Origin: Octopus sinensis
Lineage: Eukaryota
DNA length: 64,000 nucleotides
Direction of reading: 5' to 3'
NCBI RefSeq assembly: GCF_006345805.1
Contig: NC_043015.1
Span: forward strand, 29,636,001 to 29,700,000
Shown: piece by piece, positions 40,291 through 54,374 of the stretch
Layout: each line of letters begins with the position of its first letter
How positions within the stretch are numbered: the first letter of the stretch is position 1
Notes under the pieces: generated by a model
Seen by the model: the letters and a program-made list of their open reading frames with translations, nothing else
What the model was told of the DNA's origin: nothing
Database searches by the model: none
Made by a program: the position numbers and the translations under genes

Positions 40291-41288
40291 GAGTATAGAG
40301 CCAATGTGTTGAATTTATTGACCCAACTATATGATCAGTCTCAGCTGTGTTAGATATCTAGCTATTAAAGTAAACGCTATATAATCGACTTACCGTATTT
40401 GGATCGTAAAAGAAGTCTCTCACATAAGACATCAATTTGACAAGTTTATTTTGTGATGTTTCACTTATTGAAAGATATTTTTAAACCATTTTGTTGGGTA
40501 AAATCCGTGTTTTTGGCTATGATATTTCGAGTTACTGCGATCGATCACCTGGGTGGCACACCTCCGCAATAACTTTGTTGTTATCGATTCATTGTAGATA
40601 ATTTTCATTTAGGTGATTATAAACGTTTTGTTAAATGTAACACAGTCATTAGATAATGTAAGACACATATTAAATATTGGTTATGTATTCTAGGGATGGA
40701 GGTATAATGAGATGAGGCAACCTCTACACATGAATTCTAACGTACAGTTAGCAATTTTTCGTAAGACTATGCTAACAGGTTGTGATATTTTGGCTAGTTT
40801 TCGATATTTTATTAGTAAGAATTGTTGTAACTACCGAACTTATGCTTATCCAGAATCATAACCTGCAATAACTGATATACCATTTACAGGCAGGGAAATT
40901 TTTATTGGCTAAACTGGCAAAATGACCATTCCTAAATACAACAATATCTGATTCAACACACGATTTCACATCAAAAATCTTGCAAAACAAATATATAAAC
41001 GTAAAAAAGTTTTTAGATACATTTATGAATTAAAAAAACAAACCCATTGGAAAATACGATAGATTTTGGCAAATTGCATAGATCAGTTCGAATAGTTTCA
41101 TGTTTATAAATAGAAGAAAAAACATTGTAACAAATAATTTCTTAGACCACAGTCTTAATATCCACATCTGTCATTGTCTGAACGATGTTTAATTAGTATT
41201 AGAAAAGTGAATCAGCACTAGTTTGACTATTGATTCAATAATCTTTCCAAATTTGGCAAAAAAGCAGTAATTTTGAGAGAAGCGGTTA

Positions 41289-41492
41289 GTCGTCTGCTTC
41301 GACTCCAGTGTCGTCTGCTTCGACTCCAGTGTCGTCTGCTTCGACTCTAGTGTCGTCTGCTTCGACTCCAGTGTCATCTGCTCTGACTCTAGTGTCGTCT
41401 GCTTCGACTCCAGTGTCGTCTGCTTCGACTCCAGTGTCGTCTGCTTCGACTCCAGTGTCGTCTGCTTCGACTCTAGTGTCGTCTGCTTCGAC
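41289..41492. repeat. 21-bp minisatellite (GTCGTCTGCTTCGACTCCAGT), about 9.7 copies, inside a decayed group C SINE
   Basis: Contiguous units with no spacers; SINE C-like sequence on both sides (about 41245-41610). Confidence 0.95.
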
Positions 41493-41805
41493 ACTATATT
41501 TTATCGACTTCTCAGTGGGATTTGAGCTCAGAACGTAAAGATCTACAAACAAAAAAAAATATTGCTAAGCGTAATTTCTAATGAGCTAACGATTCTATCA
41601 GCTGACCCCATTTTTTTAATAAACTATTGCTATTGTCTGTATTCAGCAAACAGCGAAATCTGGGAGAAAAGGGAATTCATTGTAGGGCTAGATTAGGGCG
41701 CTGAAACACCCTGACACCTACCCTGTTTCACAGTAATTTTCACGAAAGACGAAACATCGGCATCTCGCCTGGCATTTCCACAATTTATCAATCGCCATCA
41801 TATAA

Positions 41806-41882
<77 letters not shown>

Positions 41883-41922
41883 ACATACATACATATATAC
41901 ATATATACACACACACACATAC

Positions 41923-41957
<35 letters not shown>

Positions 41958-42293
41958 ACATATATGCAAGTATGTTCGTATGTATACGTATAAACAAAAC
42001 AAGATATTCATTGTTTTTCGTCAGCTAATTAGTGTTTTGTGGTTAGATCTAATCAGTTTGTTGGCTGCGAACAATGGTCTTGTGCCATATTACTGACGCT
42101 GGCATCTTTGCCAGCTCGGGACAGTTCCTAAGTGTATCGTTTGTAAATATGGCACAAGACGAGAAGAAATCGGGCGACCGAGAGAGAGCTTGCGCTCGAA
42201 AACAAATGGCCGTTTATTTTTTTGCTTTGTTGCAGCAGAATTTTGTTCCGATTGGCCTTACACACTTCCTCCTCCACCTCCTCCTCATGATAC

Positions 42294-42329
<36 letters not shown>

Positions 42330-42370
42330 CACAATCACTACAACTACTATTACTACTACAACTACTACTG

Positions 42371-42419
<49 letters not shown>

Positions 42420-42431
42420 CACCACCACCAC

Positions 42432-42531
42432 NNNNNNNNNNNNNNNNNNNNNNNNNNNNNNNNNNNNNNNNNNNNNNNNNNNNNNNNNNNNNNNNNNNNN
42501 NNNNNNNNNNNNNNNNNNNNNNNNNNNNNNN
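42432..42531. other. Assembly gap (100 N)
   Basis: Run of N following a (CTA)n/(CTG)n/(CCA)n tract. Confidence 1.
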
Positions 42532-42553
42532 AAACTTCATTACATATTTACTC

Positions 42554-43120
42554 AAGGCGGCGAGCTGGCAGAATCGTTTGCACACCGAGCGAAACGCTTA
42601 GCGGTATTTCGTCTGCGGTTACGTTCTGAGTTCAAATTCCGCTGAGGTCGACTTTGCCTTTCATCCTTTCGGGGGTCTATAAATTAAGTACCAGTTACGC
42701 ACTGGTGTCGATATAATCAACTTAATCTGTTTGTCTGTCCTTGTTTGTCCTCTCTGTGTTTAGCCCCTTGTGGGTAATAAAGAAATAAGTATTTCGTCTG
42801 CGGTTACGTTCTGAGTTCAAATTCCACCGAGGTCGACTTTACCTTTCATCCTTTCGGGGGTCTATAAATTAAGTACCAGTTACGCACTGGGATCGATATA
42901 ATCGACTTAATCCGTTTGTGTGTCCTTGTTTGTCCTCTCTGTGTTTAGCCCCTTGTGGGTAGTAAAGAAATAGGTATTTCGTCTGAGTTCAAATTCCACC
43001 GAGGTCGACTTTGCCTTTTATCTTTTCGTGGTCGATGAAAGAAGTACCAGTTACCTGCTGGGGCCAATATAATCGACTAGCCCCTTTCCCCACAAATTTT
43101 CAAGGCGTTGTAGAGTAGAA
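42554..43120 (+). mobile_element. Group C SINE head-to-tail trimer
   Basis: Junctions gaaataagtatttc near 42782 and gaaataggtatttc near 42967; the third unit has the old-type tail. Confidence 0.9.
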
Positions 43121-43227
43121 ATAATAATAACTATATACTTAATGATTATTTCATCAGTATGAAGCATATGCTTCGCTGATGGAATCCAATAATACAGAAA
43201 CATATCCTTAATCGTTCACTGTATTCG

Positions 43228-43287
<60 letters not shown>

Positions 43288-43518
43288 CTTCTTTCTTCAA
43301 ATTTTCTTCCGTTTCTCGCCGGGTGTCTTCCGTACACCTAGGGCAGAGAAGCTCATTGTATGCATTCCCAGATTACACACGCAAATTCACAGGTAAAATA
43401 TGTATTTAAAAAATTAATAAATAAATAAATTCATGAATGGATGTTGTTTTCACAGCGATAATGCTCTTCTCAGCACAAGAGCCATTCCAGTTAACATGAT
43501 TTTTTGCACTTCCTGTAT
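43228..43518 (-). mobile_element. 3' end of an R4/Dong-like LINE with (TAA)n tail
   Basis: 43518-43450 translates IQEVQKIMLTGMALVLRRALSL*, like the RLE-LINE C-terminus QK..L.GTA.ILR..LS; a 3' UTR and (TAA)n follow. Confidence 0.7.
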
Positions 43519-43531
43519 AAATAACAACAAC

Positions 43532-43579
<48 letters not shown>

Positions 43580-43619
43580 TAATAATAATAATAATAATAA
43601 TAATTTGTCATTAATATTG

Positions 43620-43772
43620 GTTTCTAATTTGGGAGAAGACCAGCAATTTTGGGGGAGGGACTAAGTCGATTACATCGACACCAGTGTTCGTCTGGTGCTT
43701 TTGTTATTGACCCCGAAAGGTTGAAAAACGAAGACAACCTCGGCGGAATTTGAACGCAGAACATAAAGACGC
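43620..43772 (-). mobile_element. Diverged group C SINE (old tail type)
   Basis: ccagcaattttgggggaggg..aagtcgattacatcgac...cctcggcggaatttgaac. Confidence 0.75.
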
Positions 43773-44176
43773 CTATAGTCAAAATATCGTAGGACGGAAG
43801 AATTTGTTACAAGTAAAGCCAACGAATACAAAACCTATACGTGGTTTGTTGACCTGCTAGAAATGGTGCTAAATCTACTCTTACACCATAATGCCCCCCC
43901 CCCAAAAAAAAACAACAACAAAAAAAACAAAGTTCGACTCTAATTATGTTTATTATATATAATCATAAACAACATTTAGCGCTTGTTTGTTTGAAAATAA
44001 CCTTGTGAAAATTCGGAAAACTTTTTGTTGGAATCAATTTAAACAAGATCCCAGATTTCTTCTATTTTTGTCCCTAGCCCACCAAAATCTATTTTCGAAG
44101 ACGGAAACTGAAGACTTTTTTCGATAATAAATAAATAAATAAATAAATAAATATACATACATATATATATATATAT

Positions 44177-44229
<53 letters not shown>

Positions 44230-44274
44230 GTATATAACAAAGTGGAGTTGTAAGGTACCGCACGAGTGGAATTA

Positions 44275-45130
<856 letters not shown>

Positions 45131-45578
45131 ATATATATAATATATATATATTTTATATATATATATATATATTTATTTATTTGAAATAAAAATGTTTAAT
45201 ATCCAATTTTTTGGTGTATAATTTTTTCAAATTTTGAATTTTGGTACAAATTTTTGTTGCATGGGACAAAAGCTTTGTAATTCCTCATGCTTTCTCCTAT
45301 CATTTAAGCTAAGATAAATCTATTTTGCTTTTAAAATAAAAAGTTATTTAGATCTAAACTTAATTTGTGGCGTTAATGATTCTCCTATAACGTTGCCACA
45401 ATATTTGATGTAAACTTTTTTCTACTGGACCAAATCTCTATTTTTTTTGTGTGTGCCAACATGTAGCTAGGGACCTGTCCTCTTCAAAAATGTTAACAGT
45501 TTCCAATTTGGTTAAGAACCGAATTAGCGACTAAGTCTGACAGATGCTGCATGTGAGTATATTATTCAACTACTACCG

Positions 45579-45646
<68 letters not shown>

Positions 45647-45663
45647 ATATATATATATATATA

Positions 45664-46054
45664 TCTATATAACGGCAGTTTGTCTGTGTGTGTGTCTGTG
45701 TGTCTGTCAGGTTGTACCCTCACACTGACCACGGCTTTCAACCGATTCTAATGAAACTTGGCACACACATAGCCCAATGTCATAATTCAAAACTAACGCA
45801 GCGAAAATTTTGAAAAGTTCCCCCAGTTCTGAAAAAAAAAAATCGATAAATTCAACATGGGGTCGAGAATCAGAAACACAAACCACAGACTGTCTAGGGG
45901 ACGCAACTCAACCTTTTTAAATAGCAAAAAAATGGGAAAAAAAATTATGATAATTTTTTTTCCCATTTTTTTGCTATTTTTTGGCTATAACTCTCTAAAA
46001 ATGCTTTATAGTTATTTCCCTTACAAACCCGAGCAACGCCGGGCGATACTGCTA

Positions 46055-46055
<1 letters not shown>
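45664..46055 (+). mobile_element. Non-autonomous Helitron-like element, subfamily II
   Basis: A|TC start, CCCGAGCAACGCCGGG hairpin, CTAG|T end; sits in (TA)n. Confidence 0.82.
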
Positions 46056-46103
<48 letters not shown>

Positions 46104-46329
46104 CACACATACAAGAATGTTGTTGGCAGTGACTTCGAATTTCGTCCGGACTGACGACGATGGCTTAGATAGCCGAATCTTCGATGTTACTGTCAACAAC
46201 GTTCTTGTATAAGGGTAATAAATTTGCGCTCTATAAAAGTATGAAGTAACCCATCAGATTAATGTAAAATTGTTTGTATTATAACTGAACATAAAAACAA
46301 AAGTTAATATACATGTGTGTGTGTATGTG

Positions 46330-46617
46330 CTTGTGTGTGTGTGCTTAGATACATACACACATACATACATACACACATACATACATACACACATACATAC
46401 ATACACACATACATGCATGCATACATACATACATACATACATACGTACATACATATATGCATACATACATATATGCATACATACATATATGCATACATAC
46501 ATATATGCATGCATACATATATATATGAATACATACATACATATATACATACATGCATACATACATACATATATGCATACATACATACATTCATACATAC
46601 ATTCATACATACATACA

Positions 46618-46651
<34 letters not shown>

Positions 46652-46680
46652 CATACATACATACACACACACACACATGT
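46330..46680. repeat. (CATA)n microsatellite complex
   Basis: Seen directly in the sequence. Confidence 0.95.
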
Positions 46681-47138
46681 ATGCAGTCACAAATATGTTT
46701 TGACTAAAGCTGCGGACAGTAGTAAACAAGTTACAGTAGAGACATCGTCAGGACGTGAGATGTATACAAGTGATGAGACTAATTAGTCAATGTGACTAAT
46801 TACATTCAGCAAGTTCATCATGGCTTATCAAGTATAATTAGTCACTTTTTCGGCAACACGACACCGACACATATATACACGCTTCTCTCTCTTCCTCTCT
46901 CTCTCTTGTGCTTGTTCTCTTTCTTCTCTTTGGATCAGTTGAGTGTGTGTGTATAAATGTGTACGCTCGTGTATGTGTGTGTGTGTGCACCAGCATGTGT
47001 GTGTGTGTGTGTGTTACTTTTTTAGATTATTTATTTTTTGCCGCTGCAGAATTGAAGCCAGTCACTAATAAAGTGGGGATAATCTCTATTCTTTAAGTCA
47101 AGACAACTCTTTAGGCTTGTGCAAATGTAAACCGGTTT

Positions 47139-47553
47139 GGGATCTTTTCAGTTTGAACGGCAGTTTTTAACTAACTAAAAAATTTTAAACTTCGTATACT
47201 GGTAGAATGTGTTTATAAAACATCTTTTTCTCTTGGCTTTATTAAGAAAATACTATTGTTTGTAAGATATTTGTTTTTTTTTTCTTCAATTTCTGCAATT
47301 TCAACCAATCAGTGACGTCTATTGAGGTAAAAAACATTCTGTGCCGTGTGAATATGTCCCTCATTTAAAAAACAGATTGGGTTTATTTACATTTGTGAAG
47401 AAAAAAAGATACCCTTCCCCCCACCCCTAACCCTAACTAACCCTAACCCTAAAACAGATTGAAATGCAATAGATCGATACTAGGGTCATAATTATGGGTG
47501 ACAATTTCATATGACACCGCTAGAAAAACTGCCGTTCAAACCGAAAAGATCCC
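47139..47553. mobile_element. MITE with about 30-bp TIRs and internal (CCCTAA)n
   Basis: GGGATCTTTTCAGTTTGAACGGCAGTTTTT and AAAAACTGCCGTTCAAACCGAAAAGATCCC; flanks cggttt and tggttt (possible 6-bp TSD). Confidence 0.88.
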
Positions 47554-47581
47554 TGGTTTGAGATCTTTGTGGTTTTCGCCA

Positions 47582-48025
47582 CTCTTTTACTCTTTTACTT
47601 GTTTCAGTCATTTGACTGCGGCCATGCTGGGGCACCGCCTTTAATCGAGCAACTCGACCCCAGGACTTATTCTTTTGTAAGCCCCCAGTACTTATTCTAT
47701 CAGTCTCTTTTGCCGAACCGCTAAGTAACGGGGACATAATACACCAGCATCGGTTGTCAAGGAATGCTAGGTGACAAACACAGACACACAAACACAACAC
47801 CGCACGCATATATATATATATATATATATATATCTATATATATCTATAGATATACATATATACTATGGGCTTCTTTCAGTTTCCGTCTCCACCAAATCCA
47901 CTCACAAGGCTTTGGTCGGCCCGAGGCTATAGTAGAAGACACTTGCCCAAGGTGCGCGCAGTGGACTGAACCCGGAACCATGTGGTTGGTAAACAAGCTA
48001 CTTACCACACAGCCACTCCTGCGCC
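47582..48025 (-). mobile_element. Group B SINE
   Basis: Full-length match to other copies. Confidence 0.9.
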
Positions 48026-48317
48026 ACCGTTTACGATTTTATTCCAATTGTTTTCTAATTCGATATATAGATTAAGTTTTACTAATTATGAAAATGAAAT
48101 TTATTTTTCCAATAAATCCATAATTAGAAAGTTATTAACCTTTAAAATTTGCAAAATTTGTACAGTCACACTTTGTATACTTTAGCCTTCAGTGATCTCC
48201 CCAACCCAAACAAAATGTTATGAGAGTTGAGGCACCTCAGAGGACAATTATAACAAGAACAACAAGAACAAAACTAATGACAGTAACAGAAACATGAACA
48301 ACAACAATAATTCCTTT

Positions 48318-48512
48318 TACTACAGGTACGAGCCTTGACATTTTTGGGAAGTTGTTAGTCGATTACAACAACCTCAGTGCTCAGCTGGTATTTATTTTAT
48401 CGACAACCAAAAGAATGAAAAGTTATGTCGACCTTGGCGGTATTTAAACTCAGAACTCAAAGCCTGAAGAAATGCACGCTAAGCATTTGGTCCGGTGTGC
48501 TAACGATTCTGC
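48318..48512 (-). mobile_element. Diverged group C SINE
   Basis: tagtcgattaca...tattttatcgac...gtcgaccttggcggtatttaaactcagaac...gctaacgattctgc. Confidence 0.75.
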
Positions 48513-48559
48513 TCTCTTTATTGGCCACAAAGGCCTCAAAACATTTAGGGCAATACAAA

Positions 48560-48835
48560 GACAAAGGACCAACAGACCTTTATTATTTGGACCATTTCCA
48601 AATACCCAGACTCCTTTCCCTCCAACTTTGCCATGAGAGCTACAACATCTTCACATTGTGACAAACATCTCCATTGCCTGTACCAATTGCCGTGCTGATT
48701 TCAAGTTTAAAAATCAACCAAGGCTGGGATCCCGAGCCATACGTTTCGAACACAAATCGAACTCACAGCACACGAACACTCGCGCGACATAATTATTTTG
48801 CTTCAACCTGCCAGACTTTATTTAACGCTATTAAA
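48560..48835 (+). pseudogene. CR1/L2-type LINE ORF2 C-terminal remnant
   Basis: LYYLDHFQIPRLLSLQLCHESY and TRTLARHNYFASTCQTLFNAI resemble LxYWxRLxxLxLxSLQRRxERY...LFNxLP. Confidence 0.55.
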
Positions 48836-49192
48836 TTGCGAATTAAACCAAAGAAGAACAAGATCCCATAGCCTACAAACGGTACCTGGACACACAACAC
48901 GCACGTGCACACACACACGCGCGCACGTACACACACACTCAGACATGCACGTATATATACACACACATACAAACTAAACAACAAACAGACACACAGAAAG
49001 TGACAGTGAGAGAGAGAGATATAGGGAGAGAGAGAGATAGAGGGAGAAAGAGAGATAGAGGGAGAGAGAGATAGAATAAGAGAGAGAGATAGAGGGAAAG
49101 AGCGAGAGAGAGAGATAGATAGAGGGAGAGATAGATAGAGGGAGAGAGAGATATAGGGAGAGAGAGAGATAGAGGGAGAGAGATATATAGGG

Positions 49193-49235
<43 letters not shown>

Positions 49236-50125
49236 TGAATACATATTTTACCCAAGTCCAGGTTGATAAAACGATCATAATTAATTGCCTGATCTTTTAT
49301 TATCAGAAATTACCCAGTTTAGTTTGATTATCTCTCTTAAATTTGCCGGGTGTGAGCGGAGAGGAAGGGCTTCTGGGGGAGTAGTAACTTTTCATTTCGA
49401 CCCCCAAAACCATGATCAGGGTGACAAAAAAATAATCACAGCAGAGGTTGTGAATTTGGATCTAAGTACATTTGGAGCTCTTTACCCTCTAAGCTACCCC
49501 GTTTCAAGCTTCGCCACCCACACCAGGATATACTCGTACACACACTCTCACATATGAGTACTAACTCACGCACGCATACAGGCCCATACATACACGTTCG
49601 TATACAGCCTGCGATGGCACACTCACACCTATACATACACGTCCATACACATCTTTTTTGTTTAAATAGCTTAGGGAGACGAGGACGAACAGCGTCCATA
49701 ACCTTTATTTTCATGGCCTTTAAGACTAGTGGAAGGAAGGGAGGGTGTTATCTTTAGACCGGAGACATAGCCCCAACTGCTTGTAACATGGTGCACTTCG
49801 TTAGAGGCACATAAGGGCCAGGTGGTGGTGTTAAGTAAATACAGACATTTACTCGTGCTTTTCATACTCTCACAAGCAAACAGTCGTATGGATAGATATT
49901 CGAACGTTGTAATCGCATACAAGTGGACGCTCGATACTCGAATACTCGCAAAGGGATTCACAGATTTACACATGCATATATATATATATACGCTGTTTGG
50001 TGGTGGTGGTGGGGGGGGTGAGAATGTTTGTGTATGAAGAAGAAAAGAGGGAGAGAGAGGAAGAGAGAGAAAGAGAGGGAAATGGAAATAGAGAAAAAGA
50101 GTGGGAGAGGAAAAGGGCAAAAAGA

Positions 50126-50168
<43 letters not shown>

Positions 50169-50290
50169 CAGAAAGGGAGAGAGAGAGAAAAGGAAATAAA
50201 GAGGGAGAGAGAAAGGACTAGAGAAGGAGAGAAAGAGAAAGTGAAGGAAAGAAAGAGTGAGTGAGTCAAAGAAAGAGAGAAAAAGAGTGA

Positions 50291-50336
<46 letters not shown>

Positions 50337-50348
50337 GAGAGAGAGAGA

Positions 50349-50396
<48 letters not shown>

Positions 50397-50578
50397 GAGA
50401 GAGAGAGAGAGGGGGAAGGAGAGGGAGTAAATATTTCACTATTTTCCCCTGTATTCCGTCCTTATAATCACATAACAAGATCATTTGACAAATGTTTGCC
50501 ATGATTGGCGGTTTCTGAAAGGTCGCTGTCCTTCAAACAACTAATCTGTTGCTGCTACTGCTGTTGTTGTTATTGTTG

Positions 50579-50618
<40 letters not shown>

Positions 50619-50674
50619 CATTGTTGTTGTTGTTGTCGTTGTTTTTTGTTGTTGTTTTTGTTGTTGTTGTTAAA

Positions 50675-50850
50675 GTGGCGAGCTGGCAGAATCGTTAGCA
50701 CGCTAGGCTAAGATGCTTCAGCGGCATTTCGCCCCGTCATTACGTTCTGAGTTCAAATTCCGCCGAGGTCGACTTTGCCTTTCATCCTTTCGGAGTCAAT
50801 GAAATAAATACCAGTCGAACACTAGGGTTGACGTAATCGATTAGCCCCCC
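50675..50850 (+). mobile_element. Group C SINE (old tail type)
   Basis: ggcgagctggcagaatcgttagcacg...gtcgactttgcctttcatcctttcgg. Confidence 0.85.
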
Positions 50851-51199
50851 CCACCCACTCCTTTCCAAATTACCGGCATTGTGCCTATTGTAGGAAGTAT
50901 TATTTTTTTATTAAGGTGTCCAACTGGCAGAATCGTTAGCACACCGGATAAAATGCTTAGCAGCATTTCTTCTGTCTACGCTCTGAGAGTGTTTCCATGG
51001 TACAACACTTTCCGTTCTTGTTTCCACATTCATTTATGTTTACCCGTAATCAATTTTTTTTAATGATTTGTATAGAGGCACAAATCCGAGCAATAAATAA
51101 AAAAGTTCCCAGATAAGTGCAAAAAGTAGCCGCCCTCATTAGTAGCATTTATGTTAAAAAAAAACTTAATTCTGATTGCACAAAAATATGCCACTGGAC

Positions 51200-51400
51200 C
51201 AGTGGTTTTCAACCAGAGTTCCGCCAATACAGTCCAGGGGTTCCGCAAGAAGTTACAAAAATGCTAAAATCGACAGTAATTTTTAATTCTCCTGTGCAGA
51301 TATGTGTGCATAAGACAATTAAATTATTGCACAGGGGTTCCTCGAGCCAGTGAAATGTTTTCTTGGGGTTCCGCTCCAGCAAAAAAGTTGAAAAGCACTG
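51200..51400. mobile_element. hAT-type MITE, 201 bp, perfect 8-bp TSD
   Basis: TIRs CAGTGGTTTTCAAC and GTTGAAAAGCACTG; CACTGGAC at 51192-51199 and 51401-51408. Confidence 0.93.
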
Positions 51401-51701
51401 CACTGGACACTCGTCTGAATTACAAACCTAGAAGTATCGAACCTTCGATGTCAGTTAATCAGAAAGAACTATATTTTAACGAGAAAAACAATGTAGGCTG
51501 CGCCTGGTCACTTGGCCGGCTGCCTATGTGCTGTAGGTTTGCTCAATCTGAGCTGCCCTGTACCTCATAACATCAACAATAGTGACGTATTTGTGAAGCA
51601 GCTACCACAGAGTGAAGCAGCAAATTTAACATAAACTGCATTTATTGTATGAATCTGGGAGGATCTACAAAGGTCATTGATGCTGCTCCTCTTTTTTTCA
51701 T

Positions 51702-52084
51702 TCATTAAATATAAATAAAAGTGAGGTTGTCTCCTACGATTTATATTCCTAACTACTCCCACATTTTGCGGTGCAGTTTAACCAAAACAGGGTATCTTAT
51801 AGTCGTGATTCATATCGAGCCCTTCTGGGTATTAGCGCGCGTCTACGATGAGTCTACGATTTTAAAAATAATTTACCATAATTTTTTTCCATTTTAATGC
51901 ACTTTTTCGCTATTATATAAGGGAAGTAACTCTCTAAAAATGTCTACGATGAGTCAACGATTTTTAAAAAGATTTACCATAATTTTTTTCCCATTTTTAA
52001 TGCATTTTTTGGCTATAACTCTCTAAAAATGCTTATATAGTTATTTCCCTTACAAACCCGAGCAACGCCGGGCGATACTGCTAG
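51702..52084 (+). mobile_element. Non-autonomous Helitron-like element, subfamily I
   Basis: Body matches 10685-11074; internal gtctacgatgagtc subrepeat; hairpin plus CTAG|T end. Confidence 0.8.
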
Positions 52085-52429
52085 TTAAATATAAATAAAA
52101 ACTTACAGTAATTCAAATATACAGACTTACATGCAGAACGACAGAGAAAAGGAGAGAGACGCATGTTCACAAGCTGAGAGACTAACAGACTGACAAACAA
52201 ATAGGCAGACAGAAAGAGAGAGGGAGAGAGAGAGATGCACATATTCACCGACGTGCAAACATACATGCAATATAAGGCATTTGTCCGTCAATGTTTGTCC
52301 GTGTATCTGCACACGCATATGCAGACCTGGGCAAGATTCTGCCCCTGCTCCCCGTGCATAAAAGTCCTCTCAATGCTACCGATGTTTATCCAGAGGTAAG
52401 CTCACCGATGAGCCTATACAGCTTAATAC

Positions 52430-52630
52430 GTTAGCACGCCGGGCGAAATGCGTAGCCGTATTTCGTCTGCCCCTACGTTGTGAGTTCAAATTCCGCCGAG
52501 GTCGACTTTACCTTTCATCCTTTCGGGGTCGATAAATTAAGTACCAGTTACGCACTGGGGTCGATATAATCGACTTAATCCGTTTGTTTGTCCTCTCTGT
52601 GTTTAGCCCCTTGTGGGTAGTAAAGAAATA
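52430..52630 (+). mobile_element. 5'-truncated group C SINE with 15-bp TSD
   Basis: TATACAGCTTAATAC at 52415-52429 and 52631-52645. Confidence 0.93.
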
Positions 52631-52658
52631 TATACAGCTTAATACTTCATACACGCAC

Positions 52659-52733
<75 letters not shown>

Positions 52734-52979
52734 GGAAACTACGACCCATAAATACACAAATACACAGACAGAAACCCACAGACAGATAAATAGACAAATT
52801 TTTTTCAGATATACTTGACAGATGTTTAAGTGTTTTTATACGTAAGTAATTGCGTTTATTTTCGTATTTGTGAACAAGTGTATATATGTGTGACTTCACA
52901 TGAGTGTATATGTGCGTTCGTGCATGCGCGTGTGAATGCACGTGTGTGTGTGTGAATGTGTGTGTGTGTGTGCGTGTGA

Positions 52980-53028
<49 letters not shown>

Positions 53029-53332
53029 AGTGGTGCTGGTAAGGAGGCGGAAGTCTGATAGAGCGCCAACATCTGTTGCAAATTGTCACTGAATCATTGG
53101 AAAATAGACACGAACTTGCTAACAGTCTGTTGGACGGGAGCAATGTCACGGGCGAGTGACCCAACAAATTTGGGTAGTACCTCGTGACTGTCTTTATTCC
53201 TCGGTTAATTATCTTGTGTTGTGGAGCAAATGCTAGTATATAGTCGATGTAGTAAGATGATAAAATTCAGTTAATTAAAAATAGTACAGTTCTATATCTC
53301 TAAGAGATGAGGAATTGTGTACGTTATTTACG

Positions 53333-53664
53333 TTATTTACATTTGACGGATATTTGTCCTCATCTAGTTCGTTGTTAACTGAACGTTTCGGCTGATACAC
53401 CCTCCAGCCTTCATCAGGTGTCTTGGGGAAATGTAGAACCTGGGTTCTCATTCCTAAAGTATTTTTCGATAATAATAACAACAACAACAACAACAACAAT
53501 AATAATAATGATAACAACAACAACAACAACAACAATAATAAGAGCATCGAAAAATACCTTAGGAACGAGAACCCAGGTTCGAAATTTCCCCAAAACACCT
53601 CATGAATGCTGAAACGTTCTGTTAACAACAGCGATGAGGACAAATATCCGTCAAATGTAAATAA
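53333..53664. repeat. Inverted pair of PLE-terminus-like arms around an (AAC/AAT)n spacer
   Basis: 53333-53470 versus 53546-53664 in reverse complement. Confidence 0.9.
53378..53421 (-). ncRNA. Type-I hammerhead ribozyme-like motif with canonical core
   Basis: Minus strand acac-CTGATGA-a-GGCTG-gagggtgtat-CAGCC-GAAA-CG-TT; stem I is imperfect in this copy. Confidence 0.65.
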
Positions 53665-54111
53665 TATAATTAAAATAGTGTTAAGAATAAATGATCTAAA
53701 TTTCTAATTATGATCAAAAATAAGGCGGAGAGACAACTTCCTAAATTTTAATTAAAAAAAATCTTTCAATATGAAATACAGTATGATGACAACTCCAGAT
53801 ATGTTTCGGCAATATTAAATCTCATCGGCGAAGTATAGTTTAACCGTAACAAAAGGTTAATTGTTTTCTCTCAACCACTACACAACGCATCATAAGGATG
53901 TCTCTGAAAGCGGCACTTCGGTGGAGAAAACCACCATTTTCGCTGCCTGTTTTGCATACAAGCGCACACTTCCCACTTTTGGCCGGTCACTTCCAAATCT
54001 TCCCCCTTCCAATCTAATAGACCCCCAATCCGCTTAGAAACGCGCCAGATGCGCAAATACTTTCAACTGCATCACACAAACAGTATCACCGGCCCTGATA
54101 ATGTTATTTCC

Positions 54112-54346
54112 TATTTCTTTACTGCCCACAAAGGGCTACACAAAGAGGGGACAAACAAGGACAGACAAACAGATTAAGTCGATTACATCGACCCCAGTGC
54201 GTAACTGGTACTTATGTAATCGACCCCGAAAGGATGAAAGGCAAAGTCGACCTCGGCAGAATTTGAACTCAGAACGTAGCGGCAGACGAAATACCGCTAA
54301 GCATTTCGCCCAGCGTGCTAACGTTTCTACCAACTCTCCGCCTTTT
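54112..54346 (-). mobile_element. Group C SINE with 14-bp TSD
   Basis: ATAATGTTATTTCC at 54098-54111 and 54347-54360. Confidence 0.93.
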
Positions 54347-54374
54347 ATAATGTTATTTCCGTCACACTTAATGT

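Noticed and set aside
41289-41492. CRISPR-like array or heptad-repeat protein (ESKQTTL)
   Set aside because: Contiguous 21-bp units with no unique spacers and no cas genes; derived from a SINE.
47425-47452. True telomere or chromosome-fusion scar
   Set aside because: Only about four units, internal to a TIR element.
53795-53830. CCGATGA...GAAACATAT on the minus strand
   Set aside because: Stem II does not pair; too degenerate to call.
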